Below, piece by piece: positions 53,985-63,945 of a DNA stretch of 64,000 nt (positions are counted from its first letter, which is position 1; every line of letters starts with the position of its first letter). Source of the DNA: Minisyncoccota bacterium (GTDB lineage: Bacteria; Patescibacteriota; Minisyncoccia; Phycocordibacterales; SBAW01); NCBI GenBank assembly GCA_035546575.1, contig DASZWN010000001.1, forward strand, positions 119,254-183,253. The letters run 5' to 3'. The notes under the pieces were generated by a model. That model made no database searches and was not told the DNA's origin. It worked only from the letters and a program-made list of their open reading frames with translations. The position numbers were made by a program, and so were the translations under genes.

Positions 53985-56900
53985 TTACAAACCTGCAGGG
54001 ACGGGAATTGTGCTGTTGCCGCTCGGGAGCGTGAAGGTCATCGTTGGCGAGCCCGAGATGTTTATCGTGTCGGCTACGACTGCAAAGAAGTTCGAAGGGG
54101 TGTTCTTGGCACTGCCTGCGACATTGAGCTGCTGGCGAGGGAGGTAGACTACGCCGTCGAGCGTCAGAGTACCCGATCCTGCGAGCGTGGTTGCCGCAAG
54201 CGGCGTGCCGTTTGTATTTGAAGGATCAAGGAAGATAGCAAAACCTGCCATCGTGCCCGAGGTTGGCGCCGAGATGTCGAGCTTGCCGGAGCCGGCCAGA
54301 GTGAGGCCCGCACCGCTGCCTGTCATAAAGAACGAGACGCCGTCGCCCGTGACCGACGCACTACCCGCGATGCTCAAGTCGCCGCCCTTAAGGATATAGA
54401 TGCCCGGGTTAAGCGTGAGTTTTGCCGAGCCGTCTACCGTGATGCCGCCGCAGTATACGCCGGGGCTGATTGTTGCTTTGTTATTTTGTGCCAGCGTGTA
54501 GTTGGTCTGCGTGCATGCGCCGACTGCTGGTTTTGCGTGGCTGGCAAACGGATCGGCGATGGCGGTGCACGAAACCGCGTTAGGCGAGATTGACGCGCTT
54601 CCGGATTTAGAAACCGTGCCGACGATGCAGTTCTTAGTCGAAGTAATCTTGGTGCTGCCGCTAATGTTGACTGCGCCGCTTGAGTTTGAGTTTACCTGCA
54701 CGCCGCAGTTGGTGCCCTTGATCTGCGTGCTGCCCGCAAGCGTAATCGCGCCCGCACCGCTTGTCTTGAGTGCTACTGCACATGCGCCTGTGCCGGTTGA
54801 AACTTGCGGCGCGCTTATCTTGAACGAGCTCGTCGCATAGCCAGTGTTGCCTGCAGCGTCGGTCGCAGAGATCACGAACGTGCTGGTACCTACCGGTGCA
54901 GACGAGAATGGCAGGGCTTGTGCTGGGTTTACTGAGGCGCCATTAAACTTGTACGTCTTGGTAGGTATAGCCGATCCCTCCGGGTCGGTGATCGTGAAGG
55001 CGGGCACGACGGAATCGGTCGTGAGATACGAACCGTTGTTTTGCGGCGCGGTTATGGTTATCACCGGAGCACCTGTGTCTGCCGGCGGAGGCGCTACAAC
55101 AACCGAGAACGATGACGTTGCGTAGCCAGTGTTGGTAAACACATCGGTTGCAGACACAACTAGTGTTGATGTGCCGAGCGGGAGATTTGCGAAGTTGATC
55201 GGCTGCGCTGGGTTGATCAGTACACCGTTAAGACGATAGGTGCTTGTTGCGATAGGGGAGTTTTCCGGATCGGTAAATGTTGCAGACACCGAGGTTGTCG
55301 CGTTGTTGAAGTATGCGTGGTTTTGCTGTGGGCTGTTGATAACGACTGCAGGCGGATTGATGTCGAGCGACTCGATAGTGATTGAGTCTGATGTGGTTGC
55401 AAGCGTGAACTGGAGACCTATGAGTTGACCGGGTGTTGTTTGGGTCGGGGCAGTACTTGTTGCAACAACGCCCTGGCCGCAGACATCGGATGCGTTAACG
55501 CTAAAGTTGCCGGTACCGGAGCCCTGCGTGCGGATCTGGTAGATGCCGTTGATCGGGTTTACGACAATACCGTACTCAGGAGCTGCAGCAAAACCGGAAT
55601 AGATAGAGTTGCCGATCTCGTGGAAGGTGCCGCTACCGCCCAGGTCCTTGCCAAGGCGATTGCCGTTAGGGTCCGTAATCTGCATGTCGGCCGGCGAAGT
55701 GGTGGTGAGGAAGAGCACGCAACTCACCGGATATGAGGTTGTTACGGTCGGAAGCGGCGCTTTGCTGTTGAGGAGCGTAAAGACATAGCTCTGCGATGCG
55801 GTAGGGAGTGCGCGGTGCGCCACGGGGAACTCATGGTCGGGTTGGACATAATTCTCGATACTTGCACGTGGCACCATGCCGTCGCCTGTATCGGTAAAGG
55901 TGTTGGTTGGCTGACCCTCGGGCCACAGCGGCGGCTGCGAGGACGGCGCTACGGTATAAAGCGTAGTTGTCTGCCCCGTGTTGTCATCTGCAAGGATCGT
56001 GTTTACGCGCACGCGGTTAAACACATTGAGCCCGTAGTTCGAGATCAAGTTCTCGATAAAGGTGTTGCGCGGGTAACCGGTTGGGTACGTGTAGGTGTTA
56101 AAGTCGTTGTCAAAGAGATAATCATAGGTCGGGAGCATTTCTTGGAACGAGAGCACCGGCTTGTTATGAATATAGTCGAACACACTCAGGAATCCGAGCT
56201 CTTTTGCTGATGCGCCCAGGAATACCTGCGCAAGGCCGTCTGAAAGCGGACTGCCAAAAGAGATCTGGCCGCCCTCCCATGCGAGGTACGCCGCCGGCAC
56301 GCCGCCGAGTGGTGTTGCCATCAGCACAAGCTGGTCGACGTCGTTTTGGTAGTCGGTTCCGCCGATGTACTGCTCGGCAATGAGGCCGCCGGTGCCGTGC
56401 GCGACAACATCAACATGCGAGCAGCCGCAGGCAGCTTTTACGTCCTGGATTTTATTCTTGAGTGCCTGCGCCGTCAGGATATTTGAATCCTGCCAGTTGT
56501 ACGGCATCGGAAAGAATGTCTGGTTGAGCACGTAGCCGTTTGCCAAGAATGTGTCAGTAAGGTTTTGGTAGATATGGAATATCGGGTCGATTACGAGCCC
56601 CGTGTCGGTCTGCCATGAGTTAAGAATGTCGGGTACCAATAGCACAGGCTCGTACTCGCTTGCGGGCTTGCCGCCCCATTTCCACTGAATGAGCGCGTAA
56701 TTATTGCCGGGAGGGAGCACGTTGGTCGAGGAGCCGTTTTTAAATGATGCGTCGTAGAGCGCAGCATCGGCCGGAGTTGTGTAGCCGTATACAACCGAGA
56801 AATAGTTCTGATCCTGGAGCGGCGAGCCAAAGTTGTTGGTGTCCTCCTGCACCAAAGTAGGAGAGCCCTGTATCTGGTCGCCAGCTACGAAGGTCGAGTT

Positions 56901-57239
56901 GCCAGGTACTCCTTTATAGGTAGCGATAGTCTTGGTACCAAGGACTGTCGAAGGGATAGTGTACACGCACGGACCGCCGTTTTGCGCGACGTAATGGTTA
57001 CCGGCCTGGAAGCCGATTTTGTACGGACTGCAGTAAAAGGTGAGCGGCTGTGAGCCGTAGCTCGGATCAGATGAGAGATTAGTAGTGTTTGCAAAAACGG
57101 GTGTAATAAATAAAAAGAATCCTGCCAGCACCCCAACCGCGCCCGTGATAAGTCGTGTATGCATATGCCTATACGATACTATATATAGGAGCTGCGTATA
57201 AGAAGCCTTCAGGATACCTGTGTAAAAGCTCCTAGACAC
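53985..57239 (-). CDS. Large secreted lipase-like paralogue, 1084 aa. The nucleophile Ser is replaced (AHGTGG), so it is probably non-catalytic. Ig-like and beta-helix-like C-terminal region
   Basis: N-terminal 430 aa align with 51561..53807, but GHSMGG becomes AHGTGG. Long Thr/Ser/Gly-rich C-terminus with repeated ..SGSG..LTLAGS.. segments. Confidence 0.8.
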   Translation of the reverse strand: MSRSFYTGILKASYTQLLYIVSYRHMHTRLITGAVGVLAGFFLFITPVFANTTNLSSDPSYGSQPLTFYCSPYKIGFQAGNHYVAQNGGPCVYTIPSTVLGTKTIATYKGVPGNSTFVAGDQIQGSPTLVQEDTNNFGSPLQDQNYFSVVYGYTTPADAALYDASFKNGSSTNVLPPGNNYALIQWKWGGKPASEYEPVLLVPDILNSWQTDTGLVIDPIFHIYQNLTDTFLANGYVLNQTFFPMPYNWQDSNILTAQALKNKIQDVKAACGCSHVDVVAHGTGGLIAEQYIGGTDYQNDVDQLVLMATPLGGVPAAYLAWEGGQISFGSPLSDGLAQVFLGASAKELGFLSVFDYIHNKPVLSFQEMLPTYDYLFDNDFNTYTYPTGYPRNTFIENLISNYGLNVFNRVRVNTILADDNTGQTTTLYTVAPSSQPPLWPEGQPTNTFTDTGDGMVPRASIENYVQPDHEFPVAHRALPTASQSYVFTLLNSKAPLPTVTTSYPVSCVLFLTTTSPADMQITDPNGNRLGKDLGGSGTFHEIGNSIYSGFAAAPEYGIVVNPINGIYQIRTQGSGTGNFSVNASDVCGQGVVATSTAPTQTTPGQLIGLQFTLATTSDSITIESLDINPPAVVINSPQQNHAYFNNATTSVSATFTDPENSPIATSTYRLNGVLINPAQPINFANLPLGTSTLVVSATDVFTNTGYATSSFSVVVAPPPADTGAPVITITAPQNNGSYLTTDSVVPAFTITDPEGSAIPTKTYKFNGASVNPAQALPFSSAPVGTSTFVISATDAAGNTGYATSSFKISAPQVSTGTGACAVALKTSGAGAITLAGSTQIKGTNCGVQVNSNSSGAVNISGSTKITSTKNCIVGTVSKSGSASISPNAVSCTAIADPFASHAKPAVGACTQTNYTLAQNNKATISPGVYCGGITVDGSAKLTLNPGIYILKGGDLSIAGSASVTGDGVSFFMTGSGAGLTLAGSGKLDISAPTSGTMAGFAIFLDPSNTNGTPLAATTLAGSGTLTLDGVVYLPRQQLNVAGSAKNTPSNFFAVVADTINISGSPTMTFTLPSGNSTIPVPAGL

Positions 57240-57262
57240 TTGTTTTTATAGGATACAATGGT

Positions 57263-57721
57263 GTGCATATAAGTAATGGTGCGTATTTGATGTTCTTTAT
57301 GAAAAATAGCTCTTTACACGAGATAGCAAAGTTTGCTGCGGGGCTTGTGGCGGCGGATTTTCTCTGGTTGCTCTGGTTCTCCCAGCAGCACCTGAGGTCA
57401 ATAAGCTTCTTCGGAATGAACGTAACGTCCGAAATGCTCCTGCCAAACCTTATTTTTGACCTCGCACTCTTTATTGTGCTTGTCCACTACGCATGGCATG
57501 TGGGCAAGATCCCGGCTATGCGCGAGCGCTCGTATGTATTTATCGCAGGAATTATCTTTGCCTTTGTGGCGGTGCTCCATATCTGGCGCATCTTCACCGG
57601 CGCGGACCTGCAGCTGGGCGACTGGGACGCTCCGGTCTGGCTCTCGTGGTTTGGCGTCGCAGTGACGACCTATCTCGCCTACATGAGCTTCCACCTCGCG
57701 GCTCGCATCAAGGGTAAATAA
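57263..57721 (+). CDS. Hypothetical membrane protein
   Basis: Four TM helices. The start could instead be the internal ATG at 57290. Confidence 0.5.
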   Translation: MHISNGAYLMFFMKNSSLHEIAKFAAGLVAADFLWLLWFSQQHLRSISFFGMNVTSEMLLPNLIFDLALFIVLVHYAWHVGKIPAMRERSYVFIAGIIFAFVAVLHIWRIFTGADLQLGDWDAPVWLSWFGVAVTTYLAYMSFHLAARIKGK

Positions 57722-57840
57722 AGTTCACCCGTATTTCACGGCAAGTGTGGCCTCCTAATTTTAGGAGGCCTTCTTGTTTTTAGGCGAGCGTCACACTTTT
57801 TTGAAATTTTTACATACCCATTTTGGTATAATAAGTACTT

Positions 57841-58269
57841 ATGCTCAAAAAATTGAAGACGCACGTGCACAACCGCGTCCTGGTGCAGCTCGTGCTATTT
57901 GCGATTGTGTCACTCGGGCTGCTTGGAGCTGTCTTATACGATGTTATAGAAGGGGAGATTGGGCTCATGCTTCTGGTAGTGGCACTTTTAGTCGGCTTCG
58001 TTGTCGGATATGTTGTGGGCAAAATATTCAAGCTCAGCTGGCACGAAGACACGCGCAAGGTGATCATGAGCCTCGATAAAATGAGCTTTGTCTTAATCGG
58101 TATCTACGTAGTATTCCGCATTTTTGGCGAGCAACTTCTTGGTCAGTATATCCATGGCGACGAGTTGAGTGCGTTCACTTTTACATTCCTCGACGGACTC
58201 CTTATCGGCCGCTTAGTGAGCGTCTGGCGCGGTGTCACTCGAATACTGCGCGAGCAGGGGATTATGTAA
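57841..58269 (+). CDS. Hypothetical membrane protein, 142 aa
   Basis: Three or four TM helices. Extended -10 TGgTATAAT upstream. GAAA-capped terminator at 58276-58300. Confidence 0.55.
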   Translation: MLKKLKTHVHNRVLVQLVLFAIVSLGLLGAVLYDVIEGEIGLMLLVVALLVGFVVGYVVGKIFKLSWHEDTRKVIMSLDKMSFVLIGIYVVFRIFGEQLLGQYIHGDELSAFTFTFLDGLLIGRLVSVWRGVTRILREQGIM

Positions 58270-58308
58270 AGAAAGAAAACGCCCGAAAGGGCGTTTTCTT
58301 TATATCTG

Positions 58309-58678
58309 TGGAAGTGGAGAGATTTGAACTCTCGTGCAATATAAGATAGAACGCAGGTCTACAAGAGATAGACTATCTTATTTTCTTAGACTCAGTTGTA
58401 AGAGATAGACAGAATAAAACTGAGCTGCAGATCCTTTTTCTTGATTAGCAGCGAATCACTTTGCCAACCACAGCCCGATATATAACACCCTATCTCCCTA
58501 CTCAGACACTCGGGAGGGGATGGACCTTAGGCTCGCGCAGTGGCGAGAGAAAGATCATTCACCGAGAAATACGGTGAGCTAACTGATTTTGCAGTTATGG
58601 TTTGGAGCTTTTAAAGCAGATCTCCACTGCTCCCTTGCGTGTGAACTATTGATTACATTGTCTAAGCCTGTCACTCCC
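58309..58678 (-). ncRNA. ssrA: tmRNA (SsrA), about 370 nt, encoded without a CCA end
   Basis: Minus-strand RNA begins GGGAGUGACAGGCUUAGACAAUG... (compare the GGNUUCGACA consensus). It ends ...GAGAGUUCAAAUCUCUC-CACUUCC-A, with a T-arm and a 7-bp acceptor stem containing the G3-U70 wobble typical of Ala identity. Resume codon GCA near nt 87. Adjacent to smpB. Confidence 0.7.
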
Positions 58679-58722
58679 CATCAAAGCGCGAGTAGTCGCG
58701 CACTGGTGGGGACGGCCTAGGT

Positions 58723-59205
58723 TTATTGATTTTTCAACGTTCTGCGAATATCTCGCTCGGTATCGCGCTCTTTTAAGACGGCGCGCTTGTCGTACTTCTT
58801 ACGGCCTCGCGCTAGAGCGATACGGAGCTTGAGATTCTTACCCTTATTATACACCGAAATAGGTACGATTGTCAACCCCTTCTGTCCCTCAAACCCGGCA
58901 AGCGCCGCAAGTTCTTTTTTAGTGAGCAGGAGCCGGCGGCTGCGCTCAGGGTCGTACTCTTTTGGAGTGTTAGCCGGTTGGTAGGGGGGGATACTCATGC
59001 CCACTACCCACGCTTCGCCACCGCGCACTAGTATATGTGCGCCCTCGAGCTTGCCGTGGCGAGCGCGCAAAGATTTAACCTCATGGCCAAGCAATTCCAA
59101 GCCGGCCTCGTATTCCTCGAGGATTTCGTACTCAAGCCGGGCCTTTTTGTGCTCGATCAAGTTCATACGGGTGAATATAGCATGCGATATGCTACTATGG
59201 GTCAA
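58723..59205 (-). CDS. smpB: SsrA-binding protein SmpB
   Basis: SmpB family sequence (..GHEVKSLR..G..L.GA...). Confidence 0.9.
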   Translation of the reverse strand: MTHSSISHAIFTRMNLIEHKKARLEYEILEEYEAGLELLGHEVKSLRARHGKLEGAHILVRGGEAWVVGMSIPPYQPANTPKEYDPERSRRLLLTKKELAALAGFEGQKGLTIVPISVYNKGKNLKLRIALARGRKKYDKRAVLKERDTERDIRRTLKNQ

Positions 59206-59210
59206 TCATC

Positions 59211-61184
59211 ATGGCAGAGGGTGAAAAAAATAGGCCGCAGGGGCAAGGCGGAGGTAAGCGCCCAAAAGGCATGCCGCCCGTACCACCCCTGCCTAAACTC
59301 CCGCGCAGCGACTCGTTTTGGTTTAATTTGGCAACGAGCGTAATGATCCTGCTCCTCCTCGCAGGCGGGTACGCGTACTTTACGCAAAGCGGCAGCACCG
59401 AAAAGGAGTCGATTCCGATCTCGCAACTCGCCCAAGACATTGGCGCGGGCAAGGTTGCTACCATTGTCGTAAGCGGCGAGACGCTCAACATAACGTACTC
59501 CGACGAGACAGAAAAAACCTCTAAAAAAGAGCCTGATGCATCGCTCACCACAACGCTTGCTAACTACGGCGTTGCAAAAGAGGCGCTCGACAAGGTTTCT
59601 ATCGAGATCAAGCGCGAGAGCTCATTCCAATTTTGGCTTGGCGCGCTCGCGCCCTTTTTGGCACCGCTTCTCCTGATTGCATTTTTTGTGTGGTACCTCA
59701 GCCGCCAAGTGCGCGGTGCGGGTATGCAGGCATTCTCGTTTGGGCAGAGCAAGCCGCGCGTGATCGACCCGAACGACCAGAACTCGCGCGTGACCTTTAA
59801 AGACGTTGCCGGCGCAAAAGAGGCAAAAGAGGAGCTCCTGGAGGTCGTAGACTTTCTTAAAAATCCTAAAAAATTCCTCGACATCGGCGCGCGCATACCA
59901 AAAGGCATTCTGATGATGGGCGCTCCGGGTACCGGCAAAACCTTGCTCGCACGCGCGGTAGCGGGGGAGGCAGGCGTGCCGTTTTTCTCGATCTCGGGCT
60001 CGGAGTTTGTTGAGATGTTTGTAGGCGTGGGCGCAAGCCGCGTACGCGATCTCTTTTTGACCGCTAAGAAAGCAGCTCCTGCAATTATCTTTGTTGACGA
60101 GATCGATGCGGTGGGCCGCGTACGCGGTACGGGTGTCGGTGGCGGCAACGACGAGCGCGAGCAGACTCTCAACCAGATACTCGTGGAGATGGACGGATTT
60201 GAACCGAACGAAAAGGTGATTGTGATGGCCGCAACCAACCGCCCCGATGTGCTCGACCCGGCGCTCCTCAGGCCCGGCCGCTTTGACCGCCGCGTTACGA
60301 TCGACCTACCGGATCGCTCCGACCGCCTCGAAATTTTGAAAGTACACTCGCGTAAAAAGCCTTTTGCCGAGGACGTAAACCTGGAGGTTATCGCCGAGCG
60401 CACACCAGGCTTCTCGGGTGCAGACCTCTTCTCGCTTATGAACGAGGGTGCAATCTTAGCCGCACGCGAGAACCGCAAGACTGTCGGACAGTTCGATCTC
60501 ATTCGCTCAATCGAGAAGGTGATGCTCGGCCCGGAGCGTAAATCGCACGTGCTCAATAAAAAAGAAAAGGAGATCACTGCATATCACGAGGCCGGCCATG
60601 CGCTTGTGGCCTCGGTCTTACCGTATGCTGACCCGGTCCACAAAATCTCGATCATTTCTCGCGGCCGCGCTGCAGGCTACACGCTCAAGCTGCCACTCGA
60701 CGACCGCAAAATGCAGAGCAAAAAAGAGTTCCTCGACGACATCGCAATGAGCCTCGGCGGCTACATTGCCGAGAAGGAGATCTTTGGTGATGTGACGACC
60801 GGACCAAGCAACGATCTCCAAGTGCTCACGGGCTTGGCGCGCGACATGGTGACCCGCTTTGGTATGTCTGACAAGATGGGCACCATAGCGCTTGAAGGGG
60901 AAGGAGGCCGAGCGCTCTTTGGCCGTGGAGTAGAGGATAAATCATACTCAGAGAAAGTTTCTGGTGAGATCGATACTGAAGTCAAGAAAATAATCGACGA
61001 GGCATATGCTAAAGCCACCAATATTATTACCGAGCATCGCAAGCTGCTCGATGCTATTGCAGCCCGCCTGATCGAAAAGGAGACTATTGAGCGCGATGAG
61101 TTTGAGGGCATGCTGGTAGCGCACGGTATCCAACCTAAAAAGAAAGAGGAGATAACGATAGACCCGATTAAGGTAGATTTTTAA
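59211..61184 (+). CDS. ftsH: ATP-dependent zinc metalloprotease FtsH
   Basis: [22 protein letters not shown] Walker A, SRF, HEAGHAL zinc site. Confidence 0.95.
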   Translation: MAEGEKNRPQGQGGGKRPKGMPPVPPLPKLPRSDSFWFNLATSVMILLLLAGGYAYFTQSGSTEKESIPISQLAQDIGAGKVATIVVSGETLNITYSDETEKTSKKEPDASLTTTLANYGVAKEALDKVSIEIKRESSFQFWLGALAPFLAPLLLIAFFVWYLSRQVRGAGMQAFSFGQSKPRVIDPNDQNSRVTFKDVAGAKEAKEELLEVVDFLKNPKKFLDIGARIPKGILMMGAPGTGKTLLARAVAGEAGVPFFSISGSEFVEMFVGVGASRVRDLFLTAKKAAPAIIFVDEIDAVGRVRGTGVGGGNDEREQTLNQILVEMDGFEPNEKVIVMAATNRPDVLDPALLRPGRFDRRVTIDLPDRSDRLEILKVHSRKKPFAEDVNLEVIAERTPGFSGADLFSLMNEGAILAARENRKTVGQFDLIRSIEKVMLGPERKSHVLNKKEKEITAYHEAGHALVASVLPYADPVHKISIISRGRAAGYTLKLPLDDRKMQSKKEFLDDIAMSLGGYIAEKEIFGDVTTGPSNDLQVLTGLARDMVTRFGMSDKMGTIALEGEGGRALFGRGVEDKSYSEKVSGEIDTEVKKIIDEAYAKATNIITEHRKLLDAIAARLIEKETIERDEFEGMLVAHGIQPKKKEEITIDPIKVDF

Positions 61185-61190
61185 TAGTGT

Positions 61191-61592
61191 ATGACCAGAG
61201 AGCGGGGCATTATAAAATTCTTCGACAAGCTTGAGGATAAAGTGAGAATCAGCCTGAGTCATCGGCCGATACTCTACGCGCTTATTGGTGGTATCGGCGT
61301 CGTGCTGTTTTGGAAAGGGGTGTGGGAAACAGCAGAGGCATTTCCAGTTTTGTTCGGGCTGCCTTCGGCCATACTCGGGACCGTTATCATGCTCATGACG
61401 GGGCTTTTCGTCTCGTTTTTTATCGGCGACAGCATTCTGCTCTCGGGCTTTAAGCACCAGAAAAAGATCGCCGACAAAACCGAGGAGGAGGTGGTTAAAG
61501 ACGTCGACATTACGCAAACAATAAAAGCCCAACTCGATGTGCTTGCTAAAGAAATAGCCGAGATAAAAGCAAAACTCTCGCAGACACAATAA
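61191..61592 (+). CDS. Hypothetical membrane protein, 133 aa
   Basis: Two TM helices plus a C-terminal coiled-coil-like segment. Terminator at 61601-61628. Confidence 0.5.
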   Translation: MTRERGIIKFFDKLEDKVRISLSHRPILYALIGGIGVVLFWKGVWETAEAFPVLFGLPSAILGTVIMLMTGLFVSFFIGDSILLSGFKHQKKIADKTEEEVVKDVDITQTIKAQLDVLAKEIAEIKAKLSQTQ

Positions 61593-61600
61593 AAAAGAAG

Positions 61601-61628
61601 ATCCCCGGCCAAGGTGGCCGGGGATAGT
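61601..61628. terminator. Bidirectional terminator (atccccggcca-agg-tggccggggat)
   Basis: 11-bp perfect stem. Confidence 0.7.
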
Positions 61629-61630
61629 TC

Positions 61631-62356
61631 TTATTGGGCTACTGCGAGCGCTTCTTTCAGGTCGAGCGTACCTGCGTACAGAGCCTTGCCGACAATGACG
61701 CCTTCGACGCCAGTCTGCTTCAGCTGTCGAATGTGTTCGATCGATTTCACGCCTCCGGCGGCTAGTACATGCATCGGTGCCATTAGTCCTTCCGCATATT
61801 TAACCACCCGCTCGGTAGCATGCAGGTTTGGCCCCGCAAGAGTCCCATCGCGCGAGATATCCGTGTACACGATCCTCGTTATGCCAACGTCCGATAAGAG
61901 GAGAATCAGATCATGCACCGACATGGTGCTGTGCTTCGACCAACCTTCGATAGCGATCGCGCCGTCCTTGGTGTCTATGCTGACGACCATATAGGGTGCA
62001 TGTTGTTTTGCCATCCGCTTGAACGTGTCGCGCGCGGTTACCGCAGCGGTCGAGATTACCACTCGGTCGGCTCCAAACGTGCGGTAGTGTCCAATTGCAG
62101 GACTACTGCGAAGGCCTCCGCCCACTTGCACGTGCACAGAGGTTTGCTGCATGAGCGCGTGTATGATTTTGAAGTTTTCCGCTTTCCCCGAACGCGCGGC
62201 GTCTAAGTCGATAACATGCAGACGTTTTGCGCCCGCATCAGTCCACCTTTTGGCTGCTGCCGTGGGTGTGCCGTAGTACTCCGGCTTGTCAGCGATACCC
62301 TGGGTGAGCCGCACACAGCGACCCCCCTGTATGTCGATTGCAGGAATGATTTCCAT
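61631..62356 (-). CDS. hisA: HisA/PriA-family (beta/alpha)8 ProFAR isomerase
   Basis: MEIIPAIDIQGGRCVRLTQG..., GGGLRS. SD AGGAGG before the ATG at 62356. The longer ORF-track start at 62401 is rejected. Confidence 0.75.
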   Translation of the reverse strand: MEIIPAIDIQGGRCVRLTQGIADKPEYYGTPTAAAKRWTDAGAKRLHVIDLDAARSGKAENFKIIHALMQQTSVHVQVGGGLRSSPAIGHYRTFGADRVVISTAAVTARDTFKRMAKQHAPYMVVSIDTKDGAIAIEGWSKHSTMSVHDLILLLSDVGITRIVYTDISRDGTLAGPNLHATERVVKYAEGLMAPMHVLAAGGVKSIEHIRQLKQTGVEGVIVGKALYAGTLDLKEALAVAQ

Positions 62357-62517
62357 TTCAAGCCTCCTTTTGAATCGTCTGATCTGGAGGCACCATAACA
62401 TAAGTCATACATTTTTTAAATTAAAGGACTTTTGTGATATAGTGGTACTTTAGAGTCTCAGGGTTCATCCCAACAGCTCTTTTCTCAAATTCTAGAGAGG
62501 CAAAAGGAGGAATAATC

Positions 62518-63945
62518 ATGGCCGATGGCCAAGATCTCGAGTTACTCGCTTTCCGGTTGAAGCTTGGAGGTTCGCGCATCAAAAAGCGCGCGTTTCTGAG
62601 CACCGGTAACCCCGACAATAAACAGCGCATGCTTTCTGGAGCCAAATCTCTCGCCGAGCTTGGCGTGGAGATATATGCAACCAGCGGCACAAGCGCTTTT
62701 CTCGACGAGCACGGGGTCTCCAATACCCGCGTCAACAAGATTGCGGAAGGGGGAGGCTCCAGTATCCAGCCCCTGCTCGAAAGCGGCCGGTTTGACCTGG
62801 TCGTCAACGTGCTCACCGGTGACAGCGACTACGACGAAAATTCCGATGCAAAGGTGATCCGGCGGCTTGCCATCGAGCACGGCGTTCCGCTTATCACCGA
62901 CGTTGTGGTCGCCGTCGACACTATCGAGCGCATGGTCGCTCAGATCAAGAGCGAACGTGGGCGAAAGACTTATGTGAGCATGCAGGAGTACTTTGCATCG
63001 CTTGTTCACGATCGTGGTGGTTATGCTGACAATCACGGCCACTACGACAAGGCGTACCTTATCACGCCTGACACGCTGCAAGTTGGGCAGATTGACATGA
63101 CGGAAAAGTGGCGGCTCTACCGCCAGCTCAAGGAAGGCTATACGCATGAAGATCTGATCACGCGCATTTCCCGATGCGTCGACTTTCGCTCGTCGCATGG
63201 TGTGCCCTTCATGCGTACCATGGTAGATGCGGATACTCTCGTCGAACTCAAGTGCATCGAAGCAGCGCTTGAGGTGAAGCGGCGGTATGCCGGCAAGGCT
63301 ACCATCGAGATCGGCATCCAACCACTCGAAGGTGTTCTTGAACCCGGTCCACGCAAGTGGGTGGAGAAGGCCTGTGGCATGGCCGACTTTATCGGAGGCT
63401 TGCCGTCTCGCGACGGTCCGCGCCCCGAAGCCCATCTGGACTTCATCATGGGCATGGCTCGCGAAATGGGAAAGCGGATCGACGTGCATGTCGATCAAAA
63501 AGGTGTGCCGTGGGAGAACGAAACCAAATTACTCGCCCTCAAGACGATCGAGTACGGACTTGAAGGTCGAGTTGCTGCGGTCCACTCGATTATCTCCCGC
63601 AAGCCACTCTACGAGCAAAAAGAGATCGCCAAGATGACCACGGACGCGGGTATCACCGTTGTGGTGTGTCCCGGCGCCGAGATCAGCATGAAGCAGGAGG
63701 ACATGCAGGGGCAGCTTTCAAACTGCATCCCTCCCGTTTCTATCTATCGAGAAGCGGGCACGAAGGTGGTCTACGGTTCCGACAACACCGAAGATCCTTT
63801 CATGCCGTTCTCCGATGGTGATCCATGGTACGAAGCTCGCTTCCTTATGGATGCGGTGCGGACGTATGCGGCTAATGAGGTGGCCGACATAATGTGCGAT
63901 AAGTCCTTGTTCGGACAGAATGCCGCTGTCTCGCAAGCGGCATAA
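62518..63945 (+). CDS. Two-domain protein: N-terminal MGS-like domain (as in PurH IMP-cyclohydrolase or CarB C-terminus) fused to a C-terminal metal-dependent amidohydrolase domain
   Basis: KRAFLSTGNPDNKQ...EIYATSGTSAFL...RFDLVVNVL is MGS-like. Downstream HGH (HxH), HVDQ, HSI and YGSDN fit amidohydrolase-superfamily ligands. Confidence 0.65.
   Translation: MADGQDLELLAFRLKLGGSRIKKRAFLSTGNPDNKQRMLSGAKSLAELGVEIYATSGTSAFLDEHGVSNTRVNKIAEGGGSSIQPLLESGRFDLVVNVLTGDSDYDENSDAKVIRRLAIEHGVPLITDVVVAVDTIERMVAQIKSERGRKTYVSMQEYFASLVHDRGGYADNHGHYDKAYLITPDTLQVGQIDMTEKWRLYRQLKEGYTHEDLITRISRCVDFRSSHGVPFMRTMVDADTLVELKCIEAALEVKRRYAGKATIEIGIQPLEGVLEPGPRKWVEKACGMADFIGGLPSRDGPRPEAHLDFIMGMAREMGKRIDVHVDQKGVPWENETKLLALKTIEYGLEGRVAAVHSIISRKPLYEQKEIAKMTTDAGITVVVCPGAEISMKQEDMQGQLSNCIPPVSIYREAGTKVVYGSDNTEDPFMPFSDGDPWYEARFLMDAVRTYAANEVADIMCDKSLFGQNAAVSQAA

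Noticed and set aside
58787-59224. Plus-strand ORFs of 65 and 75 aa across smpB and the tmRNA region
   Set aside because: Antisense to smpB and to the tmRNA gene.
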